From the IMG/VR virus record IMGVR_UViG_3300044580_000130, positions 1 through 44,942 of that record: 44,942 nucleotides of DNA, one strand, 5' to 3'. The translations under genes were made by a program, and so were the position numbers. The notes below the pieces were generated by a model. It made no database searches. It saw only the letters and a program-made list of their open reading frames with translations, and was not told the DNA's origin. Origin of the DNA: a virus (taxonomy: Duplodnaviria; Caudoviricetes). Below, one piece after another: positions 29,512-39,199 of this stretch (its first letter is position 1; every line of letters begins with the position of its first letter).

Positions 29512-29917
29512 TATGACGCTCAGCGGAACTGACGAGTTGATTGCATGGGCGGAAAGAACAGGTCAGCGGGTTAGGGATGCTGCAGGTCCGGCGCTTCTTG
29601 CCGGGGCAGAACCGATCCTTGAGGAACTGCAGCATACAACTGATTTTGTGGACAGGACGGGCAGACTCCGTAAAAGCATGAAAATCAGCAAGGTTAAAAA
29701 CGCTAATATTGCCGGGAATACAACCATGAATTTTCAGGGCAATGTGCATGTTTGGGTCGGTGATGTTGACGCGGAGGCACAGTATGCCTGGCCGTTGGAG
29801 CGGGGCAGTTCCAGGGCAAAGGCTCACCCGTTTATGCGGCCTGCTTTCGAGCGAAGGAAAGACGAAGCATATCAGCGGATTCGGGTCAAGGTGAAGGAGG
29901 CGATCATCGGAGAATGA
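29501..29917 (+). CDS. HK97 gp10-like tail completion protein
   Basis: DRTGRLRKSM, ERGSS..AHPFMRPAFE; start re-assigned to ATG 29501. Confidence 0.88.
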   Translation: MGADMTLSGTDELIAWAERTGQRVRDAAGPALLAGAEPILEELQHTTDFVDRTGRLRKSMKISKVKNANIAGNTTMNFQGNVHVWVGDVDAEAQYAWPLERGSSRAKAHPFMRPAFERRKDEAYQRIRVKVKEAIIGE

Positions 29918-30249
29918 ATCTTAGGGAATACATAAAGACGACGCTTACGCCTCTCAACATCTCGGGCGGCCATCACGTCTACACCGGAACCAAGACAACC
30001 TATTACACGTTCTTTCGTTACAACAAGCAGGGCGAAGTGTGGGCGGAAGATGAGGAGATCGTCACCGGCCACTATATCCAACTTGATATCTGGAGCAAGA
30101 CGGACTGCACCGACGAAGCGGAAGCGGCTGAGGTGTTGATGAAAGCCGCAGGATTTAGCAGGATAGGCGGTCAAAGCCTGTACGAAAAAGACACCGGTAT
30201 ATATCACGAATCACTGGACTTCCTGTATGAGGAAGATGTAAGCACCTGA
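29914..30249 (+). CDS. Tail terminator protein
   Basis: YIQLDIWSK, AGF, YEKDTGIYH. Confidence 0.8.
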   Translation: MNLREYIKTTLTPLNISGGHHVYTGTKTTYYTFFRYNKQGEVWAEDEEIVTGHYIQLDIWSKTDCTDEAEAAEVLMKAAGFSRIGGQSLYEKDTGIYHESLDFLYEEDVST

Positions 30250-30264
30250 CGGGTGCTATTTTTT
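30241..30264 (+). terminator. Possible intrinsic terminator/attenuator before the major tail gene
   Basis: AGCACC...GGTGCT followed by ATTTTTT. Confidence 0.45.
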
Positions 30265-30286
30265 ATGAAACTGGGGGTAACTATAA

Positions 30287-31195
30287 ATGCCTAAACCGAC
30301 TATTATCACCGGCATTAAAAAAGTGTATTATGCGTTGCTGACAACAGATGACGTGGCATCTCTCATTTATGGGACGCCCGTTTATCTGAAAGGCATTCAG
30401 GAACTCGGCGTGAAGCCGAAAACGAACAAAGACCCGCTGTATGCGGAGGATATCCTTTATGACCAGACGGTGACCTTCGATTCCGCAGACGTGAGCATGC
30501 TTCTTGCGTCTCTCACAAGCGCCGAGAGAGCCGTGCTGCTCGGGCAGACAACGGCTGCTGCCGGCGGCGTGTATGCAAGACAGGAAGATGAGGCGCCCTA
30601 TGTTGCGTTGCTGTATAAGGCGGCCATACGCGACGGGTACCGTTACGGTGTGTTCTACAAGGGTGCGTTCGCCCTGTTTGACGAGACGATGAGAACAAAA
30701 GAGGGAAAGACCGCATTCTCGGCTCCGTCTCTGGCGGCGACATTCCAGCCGACTATTTGGGAAGATGCCGATGGGAAACACATCTGGGAATATCACGTCG
30801 ATACGACAGACCCGAACTGCCCTGCGGACATTGACAGTACATGGTTTGCGGCCGTCACCGTACCGACCGCAGATATAACACCTCCGACGGTAACGGTTGT
30901 TCCGGCTGATGCTGCTACCGGCGTTGCCAAGACCGCGAATATCGTCTGGACATTCAATGAAGCCATTGACCCGTCGAAGGTAACCGCAGCCAACTTCATA
31001 CTGATGGAGAACGACGGGACAATCATTCCCGGAGCGCTTACGCTCGACGGCACCGGAAAGATTGTCACGCTCGACCCGACAGCAGCCCTGGACGGAACCA
31101 CAGAATACATCGCAATCTGCACAACCAACGTCACCGACCTTGCCGGAAATCGTCTGGCGGCGGCGAGCGTTGCGAATTTTACAACCACGGCTTAG
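30287..31195 (+). CDS. Major tail protein (phi13 family) with in-frame C-terminal Ig-like domain
   Basis: GIKKVYYA, LYAED, APYVALLY, YKGAF; then DITPPTVT...FNEAIDP...VTDLAGN (Big_5-like). Confidence 0.9.
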   Translation: MPKPTIITGIKKVYYALLTTDDVASLIYGTPVYLKGIQELGVKPKTNKDPLYAEDILYDQTVTFDSADVSMLLASLTSAERAVLLGQTTAAAGGVYARQEDEAPYVALLYKAAIRDGYRYGVFYKGAFALFDETMRTKEGKTAFSAPSLAATFQPTIWEDADGKHIWEYHVDTTDPNCPADIDSTWFAAVTVPTADITPPTVTVVPADAATGVAKTANIVWTFNEAIDPSKVTAANFILMENDGTIIPGALTLDGTGKIVTLDPTAALDGTTEYIAICTTNVTDLAGNRLAAASVANFTTTA

Positions 31196-31216
31196 TAAAA
31201 GCACAGCAACAACGAT

Positions 31217-31242
31217 TGAGGGCGGCAGAGATGCCGCCCTCA
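31217..31242 (+). other. GNRA-loop hairpin after the major tail gene
   Basis: TGAGGGCGGCA-GAGA-TGCCGCCCTCA. Confidence 0.55.
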
Positions 31243-31259
31243 TATTTAAGGGGTGCTTT

Positions 31260-31733
31260 ATGGAAAACCTCATACCGACACTCAGGTTTATAAATGGGAA
31301 AACATATGTGGCTCCGAACCCAAAGGGCAGGATAGTCCGGAGGGCCATGGAACTGCTTGATAAATATAACGACGAAACGCTGACCGAGCGGGACGTTGAC
31401 CTCCTGGTGCAGTATCTGGCTGACGTTTATGGCAATCGGTTTGATATAAACGACGCTTATGACGGCATCGAGAGTAACAAGGTAATCAATACAGTATTTG
31501 AGTGCATTCAGGCTGTTGTAAAGATGCTAATGGCGTCGGCCATGAACCGTCTAGCCAGTGGGGCGGAAAGCAGTGGACCATCGATCACATCGCTTGAGGC
31601 AATCAACAGCCTTTACCGAGAGATCATAAAAAAAGGCTGGTCGCTCTTCGACTTGGACGAATCGGATTTCTTTGCGCTTCTGGAACTGCTGGTTACGCCG
31701 GAAGAGAAGCACTATATGGACGAATTGTTTTAA
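31260..31733 (+). CDS. Tail assembly chaperone; G-like and T-like parts in one frame
   Basis: Between MTP and TMP; VYGNRFDINDAYDG (G-like), then LYREIIKKGWSLFDLDESDF...YMDELF (T-like). Confidence 0.75.
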   Translation: MENLIPTLRFINGKTYVAPNPKGRIVRRAMELLDKYNDETLTERDVDLLVQYLADVYGNRFDINDAYDGIESNKVINTVFECIQAVVKMLMASAMNRLASGAESSGPSITSLEAINSLYREIIKKGWSLFDLDESDFFALLELLVTPEEKHYMDELF

Positions 31734-31749
31734 AGGACGGTGACAACTC

Positions 31750-34700
31750 TTGCCGGATAAGAATGAAGTAATCAGAGGGATGGCCGTAGAGCTCGCCCTC
31801 AATGATAGCAATTTCAGCACGGGCATGAAAAACCTCAAACAGCAAATTACCGTCATTGACAATACATTCAAAGCGTCGGGCGCCGGTGTTAAGGACTGGG
31901 GTAATACGCTGGACGGCATACAGGCACACGCTATCGCTCTCGGTCAGAAAATAAGTATCCAGAAGCAAATCGTTCAGGCCTATAATGAGCAGCTTGATAA
32001 GACCAGGGCTATACAGGACAAAAATGCCCAGACCATGACAGCCCTGAAATCAAAACTCGACGCAGCAAAGGCGGCTTATGAACAAAGCGTTACATCGGTC
32101 GGGAAAAACGATGAAGCGACAAAGGCGCTGAAAGAAACCGTTGACGAGCTGACGCAGAAATACAAATCCGCTGAATCAGCTGTCGTGAAAAACGAATCGT
32201 CTATTCAAGGGTATACAATACAGGTCAGCAAAGCAACGGCAGAACTCAAGGAGATGGAAGCAAAACTCGCCCAGGTCAATAACGCACGGCTCGAACAACT
32301 TGCGGCGCAGCTTGACACTGTCGGATCAAAAATGGAGTCTGCCGGCGAGAAAATGATGGTGATTTCCGCTGCGGTTGTTGCCGGCGCCGCAGTTGCCTCC
32401 AAGGCGGCGATTGATTTTGAGACAGCCTTTACAGGCGTTGCGAAAACGGTTGACGCCACAGATGCGCAGTTGAAGGAAATGTCAAAAGACATTCGGCAAA
32501 TGGCGCTTGATATCCCCGCAACGACGACTGAAATATCCGCTGTTGCCGAGGCTGCGGGGCAGTTGGGTATTAAGACCGCCAATATAACCGGCTTCACTAA
32601 GGTCATGATTGACTTGGGCGAAACCACCGATCTGACCGCGAACCAGGCTGCAACGGATCTCGCACAATTAGCAAATATCACTCAAATGTCAGCTGACAAG
32701 TACAGCAATCTCGGTTCTGCAATCGTGGCGCTGGGTAATGACGGTGCGTCGACAGAATCTCAGATTGTCAGCATGGCAAAAAACATCGCCGCCACTGGCG
32801 AATTGGTTGATCTGACTGAGCCTCAGATTCTGGCGCTTGCGTCGACATTATCGTCTTTGGGTATCGAGGCTGAAGCCGGAGGCACGTCCGTATCGAAGCT
32901 GCTGAAACAGTTCGAGGTACTGACGGAAACAGGCTCAGAAGACCTGACCGCCTTCGCGGAAGTCGCAGGACTGACAGCGGAGGAATTTACAAAAGCCTGG
33001 CGGAAAGACCCGCTGGAAGCTGTCATGGCCTTTATTACAGGGCTTGGTAAACTCGACAGCGCCGGTGGATCATCAGTCGCCACGCTGGAAGAACTCGGTA
33101 TCAGCGAGGTACGTATGTCTAATGCGATCCTCGCAATGGCCGCTTCCGGCGATCTGCTGACAAGAAGCGTGCAGACCGCGAATACAGCTTGGGCTGAGAA
33201 TTCCGCGCTCCAGGCCGAGGCGGAAAAACGGTATGCTACAACGGAAAGTCAACTCCAACTGGCGAAAAACACCATAAACGAAGTCGCAATTACCATGGGC
33301 ACCGAATTTCTTCCAATGATCAACAACGCCGTGGAAGGTGTAAAGGACTTCGGTGAATGGGTGAGAAACCTCAGCGACGACCAGAGGGAAAATATTGTCA
33401 GGATTCTCGCAATCACAGCGGCGCTGGGCCCGATGGTGTTCATTACAGGGAAAGCGGTGGCCGCTGTAAAGGCCGTTACCTTAGCTGTCACGGCTTATCG
33501 TGCCGCAGCTGCAGCTGGCGCAACGGCGACAACTGCGCTGGGGGCCGCTATGAGCGCCACGCCTGTTGGTGCGATTGCGACAGCCATCGCTCTGCTCGGC
33601 AGCGTAATTATCGGGAGCTTGGTCGCTTCCGCTATATCCGGCAAGGACGCGGTCGATGAATTGGGCGACAGCCTGAAAGACTTAGAGGAAACCTATGCCG
33701 CTGCCGTGAAGTCCATCAACGAAACGGCTGATGCGGAGTTGGGAAATGTCTCGGCTGCGAAAGAACTCATTTCTACATTCAATGATCTCAACAGCAAGGT
33801 AAACAAGTCCGCAGCCGAACAGGAAGAGCTGGCGATATACGCCGGGAAGATTAACGATCTGCTGGGCGATCAGGTCTATGTACTCAATGAAACATCGGGA
33901 GCATATGAATCGGCGGTCGGTTCTGTCGATGATTACATAGCCGCTCTGGAGCGGCAAATCCTACAGCAACTTTATGCGGATCAATTGGCGGCGGAGCTTC
34001 AAAAGAAAATCGACGCGAAAGCACTGCTTGAATCGGCAGAAGCTGAGGCTAAAGTACTCGCCGATGATATTAAGAATCTAGAGGCACTCCGAGATGCTGC
34101 ACCAGATCCAGAGATATGGCAAAGCTATGAAGATCAAGTTCTTCAAGCGCGTGATTCTCAGGACAAACTAAACGGCACGATAGAACAGGCAGAAACAGAT
34201 ATCGAAAATGCTGAGACCGCTATTGCCGGATATAAAGGGCAGATCAAAGAGACGACTGAGACCGTCGATGAGAATACCGACGCTGTTAACGGAAGTTCGG
34301 ACGCCGCAAAGGACAATACTGAGGCCTTAAAGAAGCAGATGGATTCAGCAAAGGCGCTTTCGAAAGAGGTTGACGACCTCAATTCCGCTCTTGCAGAACA
34401 AGAGAAAAACGGTGAGCTTTCGACAGCGACAATTCTGGATCTAGTAGATGCCGGATATGCCGCTGTCCTTCAGATCAACAGCGAGACCGGCGCTGTGACA
34501 ATCAACAGGGAAGCGTATATCGCCCTTGCACAGGCTAAGATCGACGAGCAGATTGCCGCAGCGCAGATCGATCGGAATGCTCTGGTCGCACAACTTGACG
34601 CCGAAAGAGCTTCGACAGAATATCTGGCCGCTGCCCAGTTTGGCTTAGCAGCCTCATATTGGGCAACGCTCGCAGCGATTGAAAAAGATGTCGCGGGTTA

Positions 34701-36189
34701 TGATGCCACCATAGCGGCCCTTCAGGCAGCCCGGGCCAATGTAGGAAAGTACACGGCATCGGTATCCAGCGGAGCAGGCAGCGCGAAAACGGCTGCTGAG
34801 AAGGCGGCAAAAGCATTCAAGGACGCCGTGTCCGAAATCGATTATCAGCTTGAAATGGGCATTATCAGCGAAACAGAGTACTGGGAACAGTATGCAGCGC
34901 TGATGGGTGAATACTTGGAAGAAGGTTCCGAGGCTTGGAGGGACGCAAATGTCAGGCTCAATAAGCAGATGCGCGAATCCAATGAGGACGCATATAACAA
35001 ACTGCAGGAAATTGCCGACCGGGCTTATGAAAACGGCGAAATCAGCCTTGAGGAATACCTGAAGGAATCAGCGCGGCTCCGTGATACATACCTCAAAGAT
35101 AATGAGGAAGCCTGGACTGAATCAACCGAAACAACAATGGACCGGGTCAGGGAGATTCATGGAGAGAAGCTTCAGGGTATTGTTGACGATTATAATGATG
35201 CCAGAGACAAAATAGTTGATTCCCAAGCTGACCTCGCTTCAAAGTTAACCGGAATTTCCAACCTGACCGAGACCACAAAAGACGCCTCCGGGAATAGCGT
35301 AACGACGCTCTCAAATCTCGGTGACACGCTGGCCACCATCAAAGCATATTCCACAAAAATGGCTGAGCTAAAGGAAAAAGGCATATCTCCGAGCATGCTT
35401 GCCTATATTCTCAAAATGAACCCGGAGGACGCAATTGCAGCTGCTGATCTTCTGCTCGCATTGTCTGATTCACAGTGGTCGACGGAAATGTCGCAGTGGG
35501 AAGAGATTCAGACCTTATCAGCAGAAACTGCCGCATTGCTGTACTCAGACCAACTGACCGCGCTTGATGAAGCGCTGCTTGAAAATGTAACCGGCTTCAC
35601 GGACGAACTGGCAGCGGCGGGGCTTGACCTTGGGACCAATACGATTGACGGTATAGTGAAGGGTATAAAAGACGGTACCATCGATGTCGTATCTGCAATG
35701 AGCAGTGTTATTAACGCGGCAATTGCAGCGGCGGAACGTGCGGCCGGCATTGCATCGCCTTCAAAGAAAGGTACGGCGATCGGCCTGAATATTGGTCAGT
35801 CGATCGGGACCGGAGCGGTTACATCAATTGACAAAAGTACTCCTGAGGTGCAGGAATCTGTCAGTTCAATGCTTTCAGCTGCGGCTGTTCAGGCCAAAGC
35901 GCTGCGCTTCGACGCTACGTCTGCGATATCTTCACTCACAAACCAGGTTGCTGGGAGCAATTCACAGCCCGCAGAGACGGCAGCTTCAGGGTCATATGTT
36001 GATTATTCGGCTATGGCTGATATAATCGCGGCTCGCGTCTCAACTGCAATTAGTGGAATGTCACCCGGGGTTGAAGGCGGAGATCTGACACTTGTATTAC
36101 GCGGGAATGATACTGATATTGCTCGATGGCTGCTTCCCGCATTCCGGCAGGTTTCTGCGTCAACACCTGAAGTGGAGGCTGATTTTTAA
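31750..36189 (+). CDS. Tape measure protein (TP901 family)
   Basis: 1479 aa, Ala-rich helical, AIDFETAFTGVAKTVD, hydrophobic centre, GIASPSK. Confidence 0.95.
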   Translation: MPDKNEVIRGMAVELALNDSNFSTGMKNLKQQITVIDNTFKASGAGVKDWGNTLDGIQAHAIALGQKISIQKQIVQAYNEQLDKTRAIQDKNAQTMTALKSKLDAAKAAYEQSVTSVGKNDEATKALKETVDELTQKYKSAESAVVKNESSIQGYTIQVSKATAELKEMEAKLAQVNNARLEQLAAQLDTVGSKMESAGEKMMVISAAVVAGAAVASKAAIDFETAFTGVAKTVDATDAQLKEMSKDIRQMALDIPATTTEISAVAEAAGQLGIKTANITGFTKVMIDLGETTDLTANQAATDLAQLANITQMSADKYSNLGSAIVALGNDGASTESQIVSMAKNIAATGELVDLTEPQILALASTLSSLGIEAEAGGTSVSKLLKQFEVLTETGSEDLTAFAEVAGLTAEEFTKAWRKDPLEAVMAFITGLGKLDSAGGSSVATLEELGISEVRMSNAILAMAASGDLLTRSVQTANTAWAENSALQAEAEKRYATTESQLQLAKNTINEVAITMGTEFLPMINNAVEGVKDFGEWVRNLSDDQRENIVRILAITAALGPMVFITGKAVAAVKAVTLAVTAYRAAAAAGATATTALGAAMSATPVGAIATAIALLGSVIIGSLVASAISGKDAVDELGDSLKDLEETYAAAVKSINETADAELGNVSAAKELISTFNDLNSKVNKSAAEQEELAIYAGKINDLLGDQVYVLNETSGAYESAVGSVDDYIAALERQILQQLYADQLAAELQKKIDAKALLESAEAEAKVLADDIKNLEALRDAAPDPEIWQSYEDQVLQARDSQDKLNGTIEQAETDIENAETAIAGYKGQIKETTETVDENTDAVNGSSDAAKDNTEALKKQMDSAKALSKEVDDLNSALAEQEKNGELSTATILDLVDAGYAAVLQINSETGAVTINREAYIALAQAKIDEQIAAAQIDRNALVAQLDAERASTEYLAAAQFGLAASYWATLAAIEKDVAGYDATIAALQAARANVGKYTASVSSGAGSAKTAAEKAAKAFKDAVSEIDYQLEMGIISETEYWEQYAALMGEYLEEGSEAWRDANVRLNKQMRESNEDAYNKLQEIADRAYENGEISLEEYLKESARLRDTYLKDNEEAWTESTETTMDRVREIHGEKLQGIVDDYNDARDKIVDSQADLASKLTGISNLTETTKDASGNSVTTLSNLGDTLATIKAYSTKMAELKEKGISPSMLAYILKMNPEDAIAAADLLLALSDSQWSTEMSQWEEIQTLSAETAALLYSDQLTALDEALLENVTGFTDELAAAGLDLGTNTIDGIVKGIKDGTIDVVSAMSSVINAAIAAAERAAGIASPSKKGTAIGLNIGQSIGTGAVTSIDKSTPEVQESVSSMLSAAAVQAKALRFDATSAISSLTNQVAGSNSQPAETAASGSYVDYSAMADIIAARVSTAISGMSPGVEGGDLTLVLRGNDTDIARWLLPAFRQVSASTPEVEADF

Positions 36190-36563
36190 TGGTGCAATTG
36201 ATTGTCAATGGAACGACATATCCCGAAGCGAAACACGGTAAATATAAATGCTATCCAACGGACCTCGGGGAGGACCTTCGAATGATATCCGGAAGAAACG
36301 TTACCGAGATTGGTGCTCGAATCATGGTCATCGAAAGTGCTTATGATTTTATACCCGATCCGCTTAAAACAACAATGTTAAACGACCTGCGTTCAAGAAC
36401 AGAATTGGAAGTAGCGTACCTTCCGGATAACAGCAATGAAATGCAGTCCGGTACATTTAAGTGTGCCAAACTGTCACCGCCGACATATGCCTATTCAAAA
36501 AACGGCATCGCGTTCTGGCGCGGACTTGCGTTTACTCTGGAGGGGGTCGACGGTATTGAATAG
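36189..36563 (+). CDS. Putative distal tail (Dit-like) protein
   Basis: Position directly after TMP, 124 aa. Confidence 0.6.
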   Translation: MVQLIVNGTTYPEAKHGKYKCYPTDLGEDLRMISGRNVTEIGARIMVIESAYDFIPDPLKTTMLNDLRSRTELEVAYLPDNSNEMQSGTFKCAKLSPPTYAYSKNGIAFWRGLAFTLEGVDGIE

Positions 36564-38706
36564 TGCATCAGCTCTGGCAACTGCCGCAATGACTGCGAGT
36601 GTCCGTCGCTTAATGGCAAAAGCACTCATCGACCTTGTCGACCCAGATCTCGTTTATGGTACACCGACATCGAGCGGCCAGAGCGCATACAGCGTCATGT
36701 CTCAGCTGCACAACAAGGTCCTTTCAGGCAATGCAAAATATATGACCATGGAATGGAATCGGTGCATGCTTGACGGAACTTGGGAAGGGCTACCCGACAA
36801 TCCTGTTGACCTTGCAGGTAAAATCGGTTATATCGGTAACTCACTTACCGCCGATGACTGTACATTTTCAGCAGGTGCGTGGGTACAACTGAATATTACT
36901 AACTGTAGCATTCTTCAAGCGGCTGCGGTGTCATTCACAGGTATAGCCGAAGACGGATATGGAGTTGATTTCACTTTTGAGGTTTACAGCGGGGCAACCG
37001 CTTACTATTCAAAAAGCGTCACAGGCAACACAGAACAAACAGTCTATTTCGAAGGCTTCACGGTTTACGATGTAACGGCGCTGCGCGTTACGTTTGCAAA
37101 GTGGAGCCTTCCGCGCAGGTTTCCCCGTTCGGTAGAAATCATTCCGGGCATATACGAAAACTGGCTAAATGATATCATTTATAACATCGACATCATGCAG
37201 CAAGCGGATTTTTCCTGTATGTCTCTGCCATACGGAACGGCCATTCTTGAAATCTGGAATAAAAACAAGCGATTCGACCGACGCAATAAGTCCGGTTTGT
37301 TCAAGAGCATCGAAGAGCGCCAGCCGATTCCTCTCTTTATGGGCCCTAAGCTTGCAGACGGTACTTCTGAATACTTGCCTGTCGGTGTGTACTATCAGCA
37401 GAATGGTGGCTGGGAGAAAGGGAACAGGGGCCTTACAATGAAGTTCAGATTGGTAGATATCATTGGTCTTCTTTCCGGCCGGAAGTTTAAGCCCCCGGCT
37501 GTCCTGCCGACAACTGTGGAAGGATGGATTGCCGAAATTGTATCACAGCTTGGGACAAACTTTGTTGGTCATTATTTAGTTGACAGCAGTATCGCATCGA
37601 TTTCACTCACATGTGCAGCCGACAATGTATCAAATATCGTCTGTGACCAACTGCTTCGATTCGTATGTATGGCAGTCGGCGCTTATCCCTGTGCTGACTC
37701 TTCGACCGGATACCTTAAAGCAGGGCTTGTGCCTGCCGCCGGCGGTACGATAATAACCCTTGATAATATGTCGGATTATCCGAAAGAAAGCGCAAACGAT
37801 GACGTAGCAACCGTCACCTTTGAGATTAATGACGGGAGTAATACACAGTATACTATAGGCGGTACGTCGACTGCAGCAAATAAGACATTGAGCATATCAA
37901 ATTTCTTCATTAAAACAACGGCACAAGCCGATGTTGCCGCAAGGAATATACTGAAGTTCTTTGGCGGACAAAAATACGAAGCGAATGGGCGCGGTGATCT
38001 GCGTTCAGAAATTGGAGATATTGACGTCATTGAACTTGGTCTGGAAGATTCAGCGGGAGGCAGGCGGTATAAGCAGCAGTTCCGTCTTAATTCGAAAGGC
38101 GTAATGAAAGACGTTATATCCGGCCTCGTTCAGGCGACGGGTGAAACCCTTTATAGCAATGTGGTGGTAATCACCGAAAGCGGACCGGTCCAGATGCCGT
38201 CCGGAGCGACTGAAATCAAAATCATTCTTGGAGAAGGTGGTCACGGCGGCTATCCGGGTACAGGCGGCACATTTTTTACAAACGGGGAGCCTGGTCCGGG
38301 TGGACGCTCCGGCAGGATATTCACTGCAACGGTCAACATCAATTCCGGTGCCACACTTACGGTAGTCATCGGAACGGGTGGAACGGAAGGGCAGCCGGGT
38401 ACTCATACGACGCTGAATTCCTGGACGTCGGCTGACGGCGAGATATACGACGGCTGGGTCGACATCGTGACAGGAAACGTTTACGGCCGTTTCGGTGCGC
38501 CTGGCGTCGCTCCGGCTTCGTCGGTTGTTAACGGTACCCCAGGCGCTGCAAATACCGGTAACGGCGGCGGAGGTGGCTCCGGAGGGCATAAGGCTATCTA
38601 TACAACGGATAGAAACGGCATAATTACCAGCGTGATTCCGGAAGTGCCGGGCGGCGCGGGCGCCGTTGGCGGCTCCGGCTTCGCGATCATCTCTTACGAC
38701 ATCTGA
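36556..38706 (+). CDS. Tail tip/baseplate hub protein with glycine-rich C-terminus
   Basis: TTG 36556 after GGAGGGGG; GRGDLRSEIGD; GGGG-rich terminal domain. Confidence 0.7.
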   Translation: MNSASALATAAMTASVRRLMAKALIDLVDPDLVYGTPTSSGQSAYSVMSQLHNKVLSGNAKYMTMEWNRCMLDGTWEGLPDNPVDLAGKIGYIGNSLTADDCTFSAGAWVQLNITNCSILQAAAVSFTGIAEDGYGVDFTFEVYSGATAYYSKSVTGNTEQTVYFEGFTVYDVTALRVTFAKWSLPRRFPRSVEIIPGIYENWLNDIIYNIDIMQQADFSCMSLPYGTAILEIWNKNKRFDRRNKSGLFKSIEERQPIPLFMGPKLADGTSEYLPVGVYYQQNGGWEKGNRGLTMKFRLVDIIGLLSGRKFKPPAVLPTTVEGWIAEIVSQLGTNFVGHYLVDSSIASISLTCAADNVSNIVCDQLLRFVCMAVGAYPCADSSTGYLKAGLVPAAGGTIITLDNMSDYPKESANDDVATVTFEINDGSNTQYTIGGTSTAANKTLSISNFFIKTTAQADVAARNILKFFGGQKYEANGRGDLRSEIGDIDVIELGLEDSAGGRRYKQQFRLNSKGVMKDVISGLVQATGETLYSNVVVITESGPVQMPSGATEIKIILGEGGHGGYPGTGGTFFTNGEPGPGGRSGRIFTATVNINSGATLTVVIGTGGTEGQPGTHTTLNSWTSADGEIYDGWVDIVTGNVYGRFGAPGVAPASSVVNGTPGAANTGNGGGGGSGGHKAIYTTDRNGIITSVIPEVPGGAGAVGGSGFAIISYDI

Positions 38707-38719
38707 GGAGGGTGCGGAT

Positions 38720-39199
38720 TTGAGCATAATTGATACGCTTATCACAGACCGCGCCCAGGCCGATGTCGATGCCGTCAAGGCGCTGTTAAAAAAAAGCTGG
38801 GTGCAAATGACGCCGGCAGAGCGGACGGCATATCTGTCGGCGTCGAAGGGCACTTATAACTATACGGATTACAACCGTGTCGGGGAGGCTGTGCAGTATC
38901 TGGCCAATCTGCTGAATGGGTACGGCTATGCCGTTGCGGTCACGGCTCGAACGAATTGGAGCCTCGGGAATGAACCCAGCGCAACTGACCGGGCCGCATA
39001 TCTGACTGATATGCAGACGCTGAAAAATGCCTTTTACGGTACGACTGATTTGCCGCCTGCGTGGGAGCACCTGACCATCGAAATTGCGAACAATGCGGAA
39101 CTACTGCTGAAAGAAATAGATACCTACATTAACTGCATGGAACAGGGCTTCAGGAAGTGCGGTACATTCAAATCAGGCAAAGAGGTGATTTTACCATGA
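38720..39199 (+). CDS. Minor tail protein
   Basis: LITDRAQADV, KGTYNYTDYNRV; RBS GAGGAGG. Confidence 0.7.
   Translation: MSIIDTLITDRAQADVDAVKALLKKSWVQMTPAERTAYLSASKGTYNYTDYNRVGEAVQYLANLLNGYGYAVAVTARTNWSLGNEPSATDRAAYLTDMQTLKNAFYGTTDLPPAWEHLTIEIANNAELLLKEIDTYINCMEQGFRKCGTFKSGKEVILP

Noticed and set aside
30281-31348. Long antisense ORFs (this one, 38050-38853 and others)
   Set aside because: Shadows of clear + strand genes with no recognisable motifs
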